Assembly (NCBI GenBank): GCA_026388115.1 | Contig: JAPLKK010000033.1 | Coordinates: 2,470 to 66,469, forward strand | Origin: Elusimicrobiota bacterium | GTDB lineage: Bacteria > Elusimicrobiota > Elusimicrobia > UBA1565 > JACRDR01 | Direction of reading: 5' to 3' | DNA: 64,000 nucleotides | Part shown: piece after piece, positions 1 to 8,901 of the stretch | Position numbering within the stretch: position 1 is the stretch's first letter | Layout: each line of letters opens with the position of its first letter | Position numbers and translations under genes: made by a program | The notes under the pieces: model-generated | The model's database searches: none | What the model was told of the DNA's origin: nothing | What the model saw: the letters and a program-made list of their open reading frames with translations, nothing else

Positions 1-131
1 TCAAAACGTACAAAGCGGAGGCGTGCCCCCTTTGCCGGCAGGGCAGCCCGGCCGTCAAGCCGGGAAGCCGGCCAATAGGAGGGGTGCCCGGCACCGCTCC
101 GCGGAGCCAGGCACCCCCCATAATCCAATGA
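1..131 (+). CDS. pyrE: Orotate phosphoribosyltransferase, C-terminal fragment
   Basis: Frame starting at nt 3 reads KTYKAEACPLCRQGSPAVKPGSR, matching the CPLC..G.P..KPGSR tail of Thermus-type PyrE. TGA at 129-131 overlaps the purM ATG. Confidence 0.75.
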   Translation, partial: KTYKAEACPLCRQGSPAVKPGSRPIGGVPGTAPRSQAPPIIQ

Positions 132-1105
132 CCACCATGCTCACTTACAAGAAAGCAGGCGTTGACGCCGAGCTCGCCGACAAGCTCGTCGAGCATCTTC
201 AGAAGAAATCGCCCGCCATCGGCGGCTTCTCCGGCCTTTTCCCCTTGAAGTTCGCGAGCGCGGGGGAGTACTGCCTGGTGGCCTGCACCGACGGCGTCGG
301 CACCAAGCTCAAGATCGCGTTCGTGCTGGACAAGCACGAGACGGTCGGCATCGACCTCGTGGCGATGTGCGTCAACGACCTCATCACCTGCGGAGCCAAG
401 CCCCTGCTCTTCCTCGATTACTACGCCACCGGCCGGCTCGACCTCGACAAGTCCAAGCGCATCATGGCCGGCATCCTCGAAGGCTGCCGGCAGGCGCAGT
501 CGGTGCTCTTGGGCGGGGAGACCGCGGAGATGCCGGGCTTCTATCCGAAAGGCGAGTACGACCTGGCGGGATTCTCGGTCGGCATCGTGCCCAGGAACGA
601 GGTGATCGACGGGCACAAGATATTCCCCGGCGACCTCGTGCTCGGCCTGCCGTCCTCGGGGCTCCACTCCAACGGCTTCTCGCTCGTGCGCCGGGTCTTC
701 AAGGGCCGCGACCTCAAGAAGTGGGGGCCGAAGCTGCTGACCCCGACGCACATCTATGTCCACGACATCGAGCTGCTTCAGCGCGGGTTCAAGGAGGCGG
801 GGCACATCATCCTCGGCCTCGCGCACATCACCGGCGCGGGCATCCCGGGAAACCTCCCCCGCGTGCTGCCGCGCGGCTGCAAGGCCGTGATCCACACCAA
901 GGCGTGGCACGTGCCGTCGATCTTCCAGGTCATCCAGGAGAAGGGCCGCGTTCCCGACGCCGAAATGTGGAACACGTTCAACATGGGCATCGGCATGTGC
1001 GTCGTGATCCGGCCCAACTCGCTGCAGCTCGCGCTGAAGATCCTGCCCCAGGCGCGCCTCATCGGCGAGATCATCAGCGGCCGCGCGGAGGTACTGCTCA
1101 AATGA
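128..1105 (+). CDS. purM: Phosphoribosylformylglycinamidine cyclo-ligase (AIR synthase)
   Basis: Motifs YKKAGVD, TDGVGTK, DLVAMCVND, GGETAEMPG, SSGLHSNG, TFNMGIG. Start is at 128 or 137. Confidence 0.97.
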   Translation: MTTMLTYKKAGVDAELADKLVEHLQKKSPAIGGFSGLFPLKFASAGEYCLVACTDGVGTKLKIAFVLDKHETVGIDLVAMCVNDLITCGAKPLLFLDYYATGRLDLDKSKRIMAGILEGCRQAQSVLLGGETAEMPGFYPKGEYDLAGFSVGIVPRNEVIDGHKIFPGDLVLGLPSSGLHSNGFSLVRRVFKGRDLKKWGPKLLTPTHIYVHDIELLQRGFKEAGHIILGLAHITGAGIPGNLPRVLPRGCKAVIHTKAWHVPSIFQVIQEKGRVPDAEMWNTFNMGIGMCVVIRPNSLQLALKILPQARLIGEIISGRAEVLLK

Positions 1106-1611
1106 AGCGCGCGTCTCTCATCGTCGCCGTCCTGCTCGCCGCCGCCTGCTCCCACGTCCTCGTCAAGCCGACGGACCGGACCGAGGTGATGATGCCTTCC
1201 GACAAGCACGCCGCCGTCGTGGACGTCACCGCGCGCGCCCTGATGAGCCGGGGCTGGCAGCTGCGCTCCCTGAACCAGAAATCCGCGCTCTTCGCCCGCC
1301 AGCCCGAGGGCAGCCTCCCCTCGGCCCCCTACAACGAGCTTCACGTGGCTTTCGCCGACGCCTACGAGGGCCTGCGCGTCTCCGCCCGCGTCACCGGCAC
1401 CGAGACCATCAACAGCGTCGAAGACGTCCTCGAGCTCGTCCGGGCGAAGGTGCGCAAGGGCATCACCCCTTCGCCGGCCAAGCCCGCCGGCCGCAGGCCT
1501 TCGCTTTCCGAGACGCCCGCGCAGAAGGCCCCCCAGCAGGCGGCCGGGCCGGACTCGGGCAAGGAAGAGCAGATCCTCGATGAGATGAAGAAGCGGGCGC
1601 TGAAGGAATAG
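1102..1611 (+). CDS. Hypothetical lipoprotein
   Basis: ATGA overlap with purM; signal peptide MKRASLIVAVLLAAAC with a lipobox-like Cys. Confidence 0.7.
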   Translation: MKRASLIVAVLLAAACSHVLVKPTDRTEVMMPSDKHAAVVDVTARALMSRGWQLRSLNQKSALFARQPEGSLPSAPYNELHVAFADAYEGLRVSARVTGTETINSVEDVLELVRAKVRKGITPSPAKPAGRRPSLSETPAQKAPQQAAGPDSGKEEQILDEMKKRALKE

Positions 1612-1621
1612 GGGAGCCGGG

Positions 1622-3817
1622 ATGACCAAGATCGCGGTGTTCGCGTCGGGCGAGGGAACGAATCTCCAGGCGCTGCTGGACGCGACGAAGAGCCGCCGCA
1701 TCCGCGGCGAGATCATCCTGGTCGTCTCGAACAACGAGGACGCCGGGGCACTACGGCGCGCCGAGCGAGCCGGCGTCGAACGGCTGGTCCTGAAGCCGAA
1801 GGGATTCGCCACCGGCGAGGAGTACTGCGCGGCGCTGGCGGCCGAGTGCAAGAAGCGCAACGTCGAGCTGATCTGTCTCGCCGGATTCCTCCTGCATCTG
1901 AAGAGCCCGCTGCTCTCGGCCTTCCCCGGGCGCATCTTCAACATCCACCCCGCGCTCCTGCCGGGCTTCGGCGGCAAGGGGATGTACGGGCGGCACGTGC
2001 ACGAGGCGGTGCTGGCCGCTGGCGCCAAGGTCACGGGCTGCACCGTCCATTTCGTCGGCGAGAGCTACGATACCGGCCCCATCGTCTCCCAGACGCCGGT
2101 GCCCATCCTGCCGGGCGACACGCCCGCCACCCTGGCCGCGCGCGTGCGCGCGCAGGAGCACTGGGCCTATCCCGAGGCCGTGCGGCTCTTCTGCGAGGGC
2201 AAGCTCCGGATCGACGGCCTCTCCGTCTCGGTCCTGCCCTCCCACCGCGACGAGTCGCCGCGCGTGAGGCGCGCCCTGGTCTCGGTCTCCGATAAGGCGG
2301 GCTTGGCCGAGTTCTGCCGCGGCCTCTTCGACCTCGGCGTCGAGATCGTCTCCACCTCCGGCACGGCCCGCGCCCTGCGCGAGGCGGGCATCGAGGTGCG
2401 CTCGCTCGACACGGTGACGGGCTATCCCGAGATCCTGCAAGGCCGCGTGAAGACCCTGCACCCCAAGATCCACGGCGGCATCCTGCTGCGGCGGAACGAC
2501 CCCGAGCAAGCGCAGGAGGCGGCCGCCTTGGGGCTCGAGCCCATCGACATGGTCGTCGTCAACCTCTATCCTTTCGCCGCCGCGGCGGCGCGCGCCCAGT
2601 CGCCGTACTCCCGCGAGGTGATCGAGCAGATCGACATCGGCGGCGTCACCTTGATCCGCGCCGCCGCCAAGAACTTCGAGGACGTCGCGGTCGTCGTCTC
2701 GCCCGCCGATTACGGCGCCGTCTTGAAGGAGCTCGAGGTGAGCCAGGCGCAGCTCGCGCTGGAGACCCGCCGCCGTCTCGCCCTCGCCGCCTTCCAGCAC
2801 ACGGCCGGCTACGACGCGATGATCTCGTCGGCGTGGAACGAAGGCCAGAAGCCGCTGCCCGCGGCCGGCCTGGAGCGCTTTCCCCAGCGGCTCACCGTCT
2901 CGCTCGAGAAGACGCAGGACCTGCGCTACGGCGAGAACCCGCACCAGCGCGCGGCGCTGTACGCGCCCCGGGGCCGCACGAGCTTCGAGCAGCTCCACGG
3001 CAAGGAGCTCTCCTACAACAACCTGCTCGACGCCGCCGGCACCTGGGACGCGGCGAGCGAGTTCCCCGCGCCCGCCGTCGCCTTCTTCAAGCACGTGACG
3101 CCTTGCGGCATGGCGACCGGCAAGACCCTGCTCGAAGCCTTCGAGAAGGCCTGGGCCTGCGATCCGCTCTCCGCCTTCGGCGGCGTGCTCGCGGTGAACC
3201 GACCGTTCCCGAAGGAGGTCGCGGAGCTGTTGGCCAACCGCTTCGTCGAGGTGATCACCGCGCCCGAGTTCGAGCCCGAGGCATTGGCGCTCCTGAAGAA
3301 GAAGCCGAACCTGCGGCTTCTCGTGCGGCGCGAGCCGCCCTCGCACGACGTCCAGTTGCGCTCCGTCGGCGCCGAGGTGCTGGCGACCGAGCCGGACCGC
3401 ATGACCTTCGGCGACTCGCTCAAGGTGGTCACCAAGCGCGCGCCGACCAAGGAAGAGGAGGCGGCGCTGCGCTTCGCCTGGGTCGCCTGCAAGCACGTGA
3501 AGTCCAACGCCATCGTCCTGGCCGGCACCGACGCCACCGTCGGCATCGGCGCGGGCCAGATGTCGCGCGTGGATTCGGTGCTCCTCGCGGGAGTGAAGTA
3601 CCGGACCTATCTCAAGGACCACCCGGCCCCCGAGCCGCTGGTCCTGGCTTCCGACGCCTTTTTCCCGTTCAAGGACGGCCTCGAGGCCGCCGCGACGCTG
3701 GGCATCTCCGCCGTCATCCAGCCCGGCGGCTCGGTGCGCGACGCCGAGGTCATCCAGGCCGCCGACGAGCACAATCTGGCCATGGTCTTCACCGGCATGC
3801 GCCACTTCAGACATTAG
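1622..3817 (+). CDS. purH: Fused PurN (GAR transformylase) + PurH (AICAR transformylase/IMP cyclohydrolase)
   Basis: N-terminal part has [15 protein letters not shown] and NIHPALLP (PurN). From ~aa 214: [43 protein letters not shown] (PurH). One uninterrupted ORF. Confidence 0.95.
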   Translation: MTKIAVFASGEGTNLQALLDATKSRRIRGEIILVVSNNEDAGALRRAERAGVERLVLKPKGFATGEEYCAALAAECKKRNVELICLAGFLLHLKSPLLSAFPGRIFNIHPALLPGFGGKGMYGRHVHEAVLAAGAKVTGCTVHFVGESYDTGPIVSQTPVPILPGDTPATLAARVRAQEHWAYPEAVRLFCEGKLRIDGLSVSVLPSHRDESPRVRRALVSVSDKAGLAEFCRGLFDLGVEIVSTSGTARALREAGIEVRSLDTVTGYPEILQGRVKTLHPKIHGGILLRRNDPEQAQEAAALGLEPIDMVVVNLYPFAAAAARAQSPYSREVIEQIDIGGVTLIRAAAKNFEDVAVVVSPADYGAVLKELEVSQAQLALETRRRLALAAFQHTAGYDAMISSAWNEGQKPLPAAGLERFPQRLTVSLEKTQDLRYGENPHQRAALYAPRGRTSFEQLHGKELSYNNLLDAAGTWDAASEFPAPAVAFFKHVTPCGMATGKTLLEAFEKAWACDPLSAFGGVLAVNRPFPKEVAELLANRFVEVITAPEFEPEALALLKKKPNLRLLVRREPPSHDVQLRSVGAEVLATEPDRMTFGDSLKVVTKRAPTKEEEAALRFAWVACKHVKSNAIVLAGTDATVGIGAGQMSRVDSVLLAGVKYRTYLKDHPAPEPLVLASDAFFPFKDGLEAAATLGISAVIQPGGSVRDAEVIQAADEHNLAMVFTGMRHFRH

Positions 3818-3826
3818 GCCGTTGTT

Positions 3827-3864
3827 CCCTCTCCCGCGAAGCGGGAGAGGGCAGGGGTGAGGGC
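3827..3864 (+). repeat. Palindromic REP-like element, intergenic
   Basis: CCCTCTCCCGC-GAA-GCGGGAGAGGG followed by CAGGGGTGAGGGC. Confidence 0.9.
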
Positions 3865-3869
3865 AAATT

Positions 3870-4415
3870 ATGATCCTGACAATCGCCGCGCTGACCGCCG
3901 TCCTTTCCGTCCCATCCTTCGCCCAGCCACCCAATCCGCCCGACAAGAAAGCCGAAAGCAATCTCCCCGCCCGCGCTCCCAAGAACAGGACTTTCTCCCC
4001 GAAGGCGCCCTCGACGGCGCTCTCCGACATGAACCTTAAGGTCTCCTTCAAGCTCAAGTTCAAGAGGCTCGAGAGCTCGGGAAATTTCACGGTCCAGAGC
4101 GGCACCCAGGCGAATTACGTCATCGGCGGCGACGATCCCGTTGAGGTAATCACCAAACAGGGCACGGGCATCGAGTTCAAGAAATACGGCACCATCGTGA
4201 ACATCCTCCCCGCCGTCGTGTTCGACAGCGACAAGGTGGACGCCCAGTTGCAGGCGGAGCTCTCGGGCCCGCAGGCGCCCGAGACCTCGCTCAAGGTCAA
4301 CCCCATCTCTACGTTCCAAATCCAGACTGAGTTCACCATCACCCTCGGGAAGACCATCGTCCTGGTGGACGAACCCGACCGCCGCGTCGAAATAAAGATC
4401 GAACCCGCACCCTAA
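3870..4415 (+). CDS. Small exported protein with a secretin (CpaC/PilQ-like) C-terminal fragment
   Basis: Signal peptide; GIEFKKYGTIVNILP and QAELS...QTEFTITLGKTIVL resemble secretin beta-domain motifs. Confidence 0.6.
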   Translation: MILTIAALTAVLSVPSFAQPPNPPDKKAESNLPARAPKNRTFSPKAPSTALSDMNLKVSFKLKFKRLESSGNFTVQSGTQANYVIGGDDPVEVITKQGTGIEFKKYGTIVNILPAVVFDSDKVDAQLQAELSGPQAPETSLKVNPISTFQIQTEFTITLGKTIVLVDEPDRRVEIKIEPAP

Positions 4416-4433
4416 GCCGTTTTTCGTCGTTCC

Positions 4434-4471
4434 CCCTCTCCCGCCGTTCGGGAGAGGGCAGGGGTGAGGGC
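4434..4471 (+). repeat. Palindromic REP-like element, intergenic
   Basis: CCCTCTCCCG-CCGTT-CGGGAGAGGG-CAGGGGTGAGGGC. Confidence 0.9.
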
Positions 4472-4497
4472 AGTCGCCGTTTTGTAGACTACACCCG

Positions 4498-5427
4498 ATG
4501 TTTCCGCAACTGGCCCTGGCGTTCGCTGTCGCGCTCCCGCTTTGCGCCTCCCCCCGCGATACTCAGCTATCGCTCATCATCGACGACCGCCCGCGCGCGT
4601 ACCTGCCCCACGTCCCCGCCCTTTCGCCCGATAGGCCCTTGCCGTTGGTAATAGTCCTCCACGGCGGCGGCCAATCCAGCAAGGGCGCGCAGAGGTTCAC
4701 CGGCTTCAACGACCTCGCCGACCGCGAGGGCTTCATCGTCGCCTATCCCGACGCGATCGCGCACAAGTGGAATGATGGGCGCGGGACCACCAAACCGGCC
4801 AAGGGAGGCGTCGACGACGTTCGCTTCATCCGCGAGCTGATCGCGCAAGTCTCGAAGGAGCACAGCGTCGACCCGCGCCGCATCTACGCCACCGGCCCTT
4901 CGAACGGCGGCTTCATGACCCATCGCCTAGCCTGCGAGCTGTCCGATGTCTTGGCCGCCGCCGGTCCGGTCATTGCGGGCTTCCCCTTGGACTATCGCGA
5001 CAGTTGCCGCCCAGCCAAGCCGATTTCGATCATCATGATCCAAGGCACCGCCGACAAGCTGGTGCCCTTCAACGGCGGGCAGGTCGGCGGCAAGGGCCAC
5101 TGGGGCGCGGGCGGCAAGACGGACTCCGCCGAGAGCACGCGCGCCTTCTGGGCTGAACGCGAAGGCTGCAAGGCGCCGCCGGAAACCGCCGACTTGCCGG
5201 ATGAGGCCAACGACGGCACGAAGGTCCGCAAGTACGCCTACACGAGCTGTCAGTCAGGCGTCGAAGTGGTCCAGTACATCGTCGACGGGATGGGCCACCG
5301 CTGGCCCACAAAACACGCGCCGCTCCGACGCCGCGGCCTGGTCACCTGGATGCTCGGCCCCACTACGACCAACATCGACGCCACCGAGACCGTCTGGGAG
5401 TTCTTCAAGGCCCATCCCAAGCCTTGA
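4498..5427 (+). CDS. Exported PHB-depolymerase/LpqC-family esterase
   Basis: PLVIVLHGGG, FIVAYPDA, WNDGR, nucleophile G-P-S-N-G-G, GTADKLVP, GMGHRWP; signal peptide. Confidence 0.88.
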   Translation: MFPQLALAFAVALPLCASPRDTQLSLIIDDRPRAYLPHVPALSPDRPLPLVIVLHGGGQSSKGAQRFTGFNDLADREGFIVAYPDAIAHKWNDGRGTTKPAKGGVDDVRFIRELIAQVSKEHSVDPRRIYATGPSNGGFMTHRLACELSDVLAAAGPVIAGFPLDYRDSCRPAKPISIIMIQGTADKLVPFNGGQVGGKGHWGAGGKTDSAESTRAFWAEREGCKAPPETADLPDEANDGTKVRKYAYTSCQSGVEVVQYIVDGMGHRWPTKHAPLRRRGLVTWMLGPTTTNIDATETVWEFFKAHPKP

Positions 5428-5528
5428 GAAGTTTACACGCCTTCGGCACCTTGAAGCTTGCGGCGGAGGACCAACACGTATGTTATGTATAATGAGTTTA
5501 CAAGATATATATCGTCTTGTACACACAC

Positions 5529-5557
5529 TTGACAAAAGATGCCATAAACACCATAAT
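5529..5557 (+). promoter_or_regulatory. Sigma70-type promoter
   Basis: TTGACA (5529-5534), 17 nt, CATAAT (5552-5557); 8 nt before ATG 5566. Confidence 0.75.
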
Positions 5558-5565
5558 CTTGGTGG

Positions 5566-6768
5566 ATGGATACACTTCTAGAGCTCAACGACCTCGCAAA
5601 GAAGCAAGCCGGGAGATACACCAAGAAGCGCCCGATCTTTGAGCGGCTAAAGGCGGACGAAGGGCGAGCCTTCTCGGGGATCATCGGTCCGCGGGGCGTC
5701 GGGAAGACCGTTCTGCTCCGCCAGCTCCTGCGCGAGGTTCCCGACGCGTTCTATGTCTCCGTGGACACCTTGGACGACGCGACTCTCTTCGAGACCGCAA
5801 AGAAGTTGGAAGAGCGTTACGGCGTACGCCTGCTGCTGCTCGATGAGATCCACTTCGCCAAGGGGTACGCCGAGGACCTCAAGAAGATCCACGACTTCCT
5901 CGGCCTGCGCGTCGTGTTCACGAGCTCGGTGGCGCTGTCGCTCGTCCAGAGCGCGCAGGACCTGTCGCGCCGGGCGGTCCTCCGCCGGCTCTGGCCGTTC
6001 ACGTTCCGCGAGTACCTCGACTTCGTCCACGGCAGGCCGCTGCGCGCGTTGAGCCTCGCCGATATCCTCGAGAAGCGTTGGGACCCCGAGCACCTTCGGC
6101 AGGGCCATCTCTTCGACGAGTATCTTACCGGGGGGCTTTTCCCCTTCCGCATGGAACAGCCGGAGACCAAGGCGGTCTTCGAGGCAATCCTTGAGAAGAT
6201 CTTCCAGCGGGATATCCCCCGAACGGCGGGGCTGCGGACGGACGAGCCCGCGCTCATCGAGAAGCTGGTCCGCTTCGTCGGAAAGTCGGCGTGCGACGAC
6301 ATCAGCTACAGCTCGCTCTCGAGGAACCTGGGAATCACCAAGTACAAGGCCGAGCAGTACGTCGCCTTGCTCGACAAAGCGTTCGTCCTCGACCCCGTCC
6401 TGCCGGCGGGGACCAACGTCCTGCGGGAGCCCAAGATACTGATGTCCTTGCCGCTGCGGCTGCTCTACAAGGAACGCGACGAGGCGATCGGAGGGCTGCG
6501 AGAGGACTTCGCGGCCGAGACGCTCAGGATGGCCGGGAAAGAGTTCCACTACCTCAAGAGCCCCATCGGAGGCAAGACCCCCGATTTCCTGGTGACCGAC
6601 CCGGACGGCGACGTCGTCGTCGAGGTCGGAGGCAAGGGGAAGGGCCGGCGTCAGTTCAAGGGCTACCAGGCGCGCAGAAAGGTGCTGCTGACCCCGTCGG
6701 ACTCTCTGGAGGGCGACCGGCGGCCGCTCTTCCTGCTGGGCTTCCTCCCGGCTTCTTGCGAGCCGTAA
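5566..6768 (+). CDS. AAA+ ATPase (AAA_14/DUF4143-like) with a C-terminal PD-(D/E)xK-like domain
   Basis: Walker A GPRGVGKT, Walker B LLLLDE, DLSRRA, C-terminal TPDFLV...VVEVG. Confidence 0.85.
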   Translation: MDTLLELNDLAKKQAGRYTKKRPIFERLKADEGRAFSGIIGPRGVGKTVLLRQLLREVPDAFYVSVDTLDDATLFETAKKLEERYGVRLLLLDEIHFAKGYAEDLKKIHDFLGLRVVFTSSVALSLVQSAQDLSRRAVLRRLWPFTFREYLDFVHGRPLRALSLADILEKRWDPEHLRQGHLFDEYLTGGLFPFRMEQPETKAVFEAILEKIFQRDIPRTAGLRTDEPALIEKLVRFVGKSACDDISYSSLSRNLGITKYKAEQYVALLDKAFVLDPVLPAGTNVLREPKILMSLPLRLLYKERDEAIGGLREDFAAETLRMAGKEFHYLKSPIGGKTPDFLVTDPDGDVVVEVGGKGKGRRQFKGYQARRKVLLTPSDSLEGDRRPLFLLGFLPASCEP

Positions 6769-6774
6769 GGGCCG

Positions 6775-6957
6775 TCAGCGAACCCCGACTTTCCCCTCCA
6801 GATCCGCCGCGTGAGCGCCGAGCTCGCGCTCGCCCGGCATGAGGGACGCCTTCCTGCGCGGGCCACCGAACTTGATGATGAGGCCGGCGACCACCGCCGC
6901 AGCGGCGCCGATCGACAGCGTGGCGAGAAAACCGATCATCGGATCATTCGTCCCCAC
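6775..6957 (-). CDS. Possible small membrane protein
   Basis: Short ORF with one hydrophobic helix (IGFLATLSIGAAAAVVAGLIIKF); no homology recognised. Confidence 0.3.
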   Translation of the reverse strand: MGTNDPMIGFLATLSIGAAAAVVAGLIIKFGGPRRKASLMPGERELGAHAADLEGKVGVR

Positions 6958-7240
6958 GAATCAAGCTTACTTCTGCGTAGCGCGACAGCCGATGATACCA
7001 ACTTGGTTTTCTGCCTTTCGGTGCTCCTGCTTTTTCAAGTGCTCTGATTGCATGGCCTATGTCATCGGCCAAATCGGCTGTCCAAACGACATCACAGACC
7101 TTGCGAGAGGTGCTGAAGGCTACTAATTGGAAGTCGCAGTCCCGAGGCCATTGTGGCGATTTAAGTTGGGTCCCGTGGTTTGTCTCGACAATCGTTGTTC
7201 CTGTTGCGTCGGTGTCGATAGCAATTGCTAAGTCGAGCAT
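6944..7240 (-). CDS. Hypothetical protein
   Basis: 98-aa ORF co-oriented with and just downstream of the DUF3883-like gene in a lower-GC stretch. Confidence 0.35.
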   Translation of the reverse strand: MLDLAIAIDTDATGTTIVETNHGTQLKSPQWPRDCDFQLVAFSTSRKVCDVVWTADLADDIGHAIRALEKAGAPKGRKPSWYHRLSRYAEVSLIRGDE

Positions 7241-7268
7241 AAATTTCTTCTCTCTCGCATTCTGGTTG

Positions 7269-8024
7269 CTAGACGGTGGTGAGCCAAGAAGTTTGAACTG
7301 TGATTCTCTCTCTTTTCCTAAATCTTAGCGCACCTGACAGCGGGGCTTGATAAATTTCGTGGAATGGAGACTCCCGAAAGTTCTTCACAACGAATAGAAA
7401 GAACCTATCAGCCAAAGATGAAGCGGTCTCATACTCTTTCGGTGTTAGAGATACGCTCCCCGTCCGTTCCTTGAGACCTTTGACTTCGACAGCCAGAAAA
7501 TCTTTTCGGGCGTCTGTTTCGAGTCGAAAATCATAGCCGCAGCCAAGCCGTGTTGTGTTCTCTAGGGCATAACCCTTGAATTGAGGGATATCCTGCCGAA
7601 CCGCTTCGAAGTATTGTTCCGCGGCCAGACCCGTAATGAGGCGTTCGGCGAAGAAGGACTTGCGATCTTCCTTTCCTGATATTTCGCTCCAAGCATTTTC
7701 GTTGTATGAGACAAAAGACTTGATCAACATGGAAAATGTTTCGAGGTCCAAACCTTTATATTCCTCGAACATCTTGCGGCAATAGTCTCGCGTGGGTCGT
7801 CCGTGCCAACCCTTTCGGCGATTGGGAAACAGAGGGTCGAACTCGTCACGGTAATTCTTAATCGAAGCTGGCTTTGCTCCCAGCGCATATCCAACTGCGT
7901 TAAACGCCTCCGCGAAGCTTTCAAAGCCGAGTTTCTTCAAGCCAGTCGAATCATATTTCGAGAGATACAGGCCAACAAGGATGAGTTTCTCCCTGGTTGC
8001 GATTCGCTGTGGATTCAGGATCAT
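7269..8024 (-). CDS. DUF3883 (NOV-C)-like PD-(D/E)xK endonuclease-domain protein
   Basis: TGLAAEQYF...GCGYDF...AVEVKG...SLTPKE; visibly lower GC than the flanks. Confidence 0.8.
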   Translation of the reverse strand: MILNPQRIATREKLILVGLYLSKYDSTGLKKLGFESFAEAFNAVGYALGAKPASIKNYRDEFDPLFPNRRKGWHGRPTRDYCRKMFEEYKGLDLETFSMLIKSFVSYNENAWSEISGKEDRKSFFAERLITGLAAEQYFEAVRQDIPQFKGYALENTTRLGCGYDFRLETDARKDFLAVEVKGLKERTGSVSLTPKEYETASSLADRFFLFVVKNFRESPFHEIYQAPLSGALRFRKRERITVQTSWLTTV

Positions 8025-8254
8025 ATCGCCCGGGTTCTGTCTTTGTTCATCAAACAGGGGGACGTTTTCGCCGAAACTGGGCGGGAACTGTCAGGGAGCG
8101 CACGCTGGGAGAGTGTGGCAGTCAGCAACATTAGATTCAGGATCAGGCAAAGCGGATTGTGTGATTGTACCATACCCACTATGTGCGAATGAGTTGGCCC
8201 AAAAATGCATGTGAGAGAAACCCGAAGCAAGAAATTCGCCACGACTGGGAAGTG

Positions 8255-8358
8255 CTTTTGCCACAATCGCTCTTTAGGTAAGCAAGCCAAGCGGGGTTTG
8301 GGCCCTGGAAGACGGAAGCGTCTTCCGGGGTTTTCCATGCGGGGCTGACGGAGAGGCG
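8255..8358 (+). pseudogene. Decayed duplicate of the carA promoter and first ~27 codons
   Basis: 8278-8358 matches 8898-8978 at 73/81 nt; GTG start has become GTA; upstream CTTTTGCCACAAT vs CTTTTGCTACACT. Confidence 0.85.
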
Positions 8359-8428
8359 AAGGGAACCTTTTCGCTCCTGATTCGTACTAGTGGGTGGGGG
8401 CCGCGCCAGGGGAGGGCCCGCGCTCCGC

Positions 8429-8457
8429 TTGACGGTAGCAGGGGGCGCTGATACACT
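8429..8457 (+). promoter_or_regulatory. Sigma70-type promoter of the aspartyl protease gene
   Basis: TTGACG (8429-8434), 17 nt, TACACT (8452-8457) with extended TG; GTG lies 6 nt downstream. Confidence 0.7.
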
Positions 8458-8463
8458 GACTTT

Positions 8464-8901
8464 GTGGCGCGAAAGAAGATGGGGACATTCCACGAGCCGA
8501 TCGAGGTTTTGAATCCGTCCAACCGGCGGCGCAAGATTTCACTGGATGCTTTGGTCGACACGGGCGCCGCCTACAGCTTGATTCCCGGAAGGCTGCTGCG
8601 CGGCATCGGCGTGAAGCCGTCGCGCACGGGCCGGTTCAAGCTCGCCGACGGACGGATCGTCCACCGCGGCGTAGGACTGGTCACCGCCCGCGTCCGGCGC
8701 GAGGAGACTCCGACATGGGTCGTATTCGGCGACGCGGAGTCCGACCCGCTTCTCGGAGCCTTGACGCTGGAGGAGCTTGGTCTGGGCGTCGACAGCATCC
8801 ATCGAAGCCTCGTCAAGGTTACGCCCTTGCCGCTGTCGGCCTGCTTGCGTCCAGCCGCGCCTACCTCCACAGGACTTTTGCTACACTCCCTGCCGAGGTG
8901 A
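8464..8901 (+). CDS. Clan AA (retropepsin-like) aspartyl protease
   Basis: ALVDTGA catalytic motif, FKLADGR, PLLGALTLEELGL. Stop overlaps the carA GTG (GTGA). Start is at 8464 or 8479. Confidence 0.88.
   Translation: MARKKMGTFHEPIEVLNPSNRRRKISLDALVDTGAAYSLIPGRLLRGIGVKPSRTGRFKLADGRIVHRGVGLVTARVRREETPTWVVFGDAESDPLLGALTLEELGLGVDSIHRSLVKVTPLPLSACLRPAAPTSTGLLLHSLPR

Noticed and set aside
1-127. Purine/ZTP riboswitch upstream of purM
   Set aside because: The region is the coding tail of pyrE, and no riboswitch consensus was recognised.
8011-8147. 12-nt direct repeat GATTCAGGATCA at ~8012 and ~8134
   Set aside because: Too short and isolated to support a target-site duplication.
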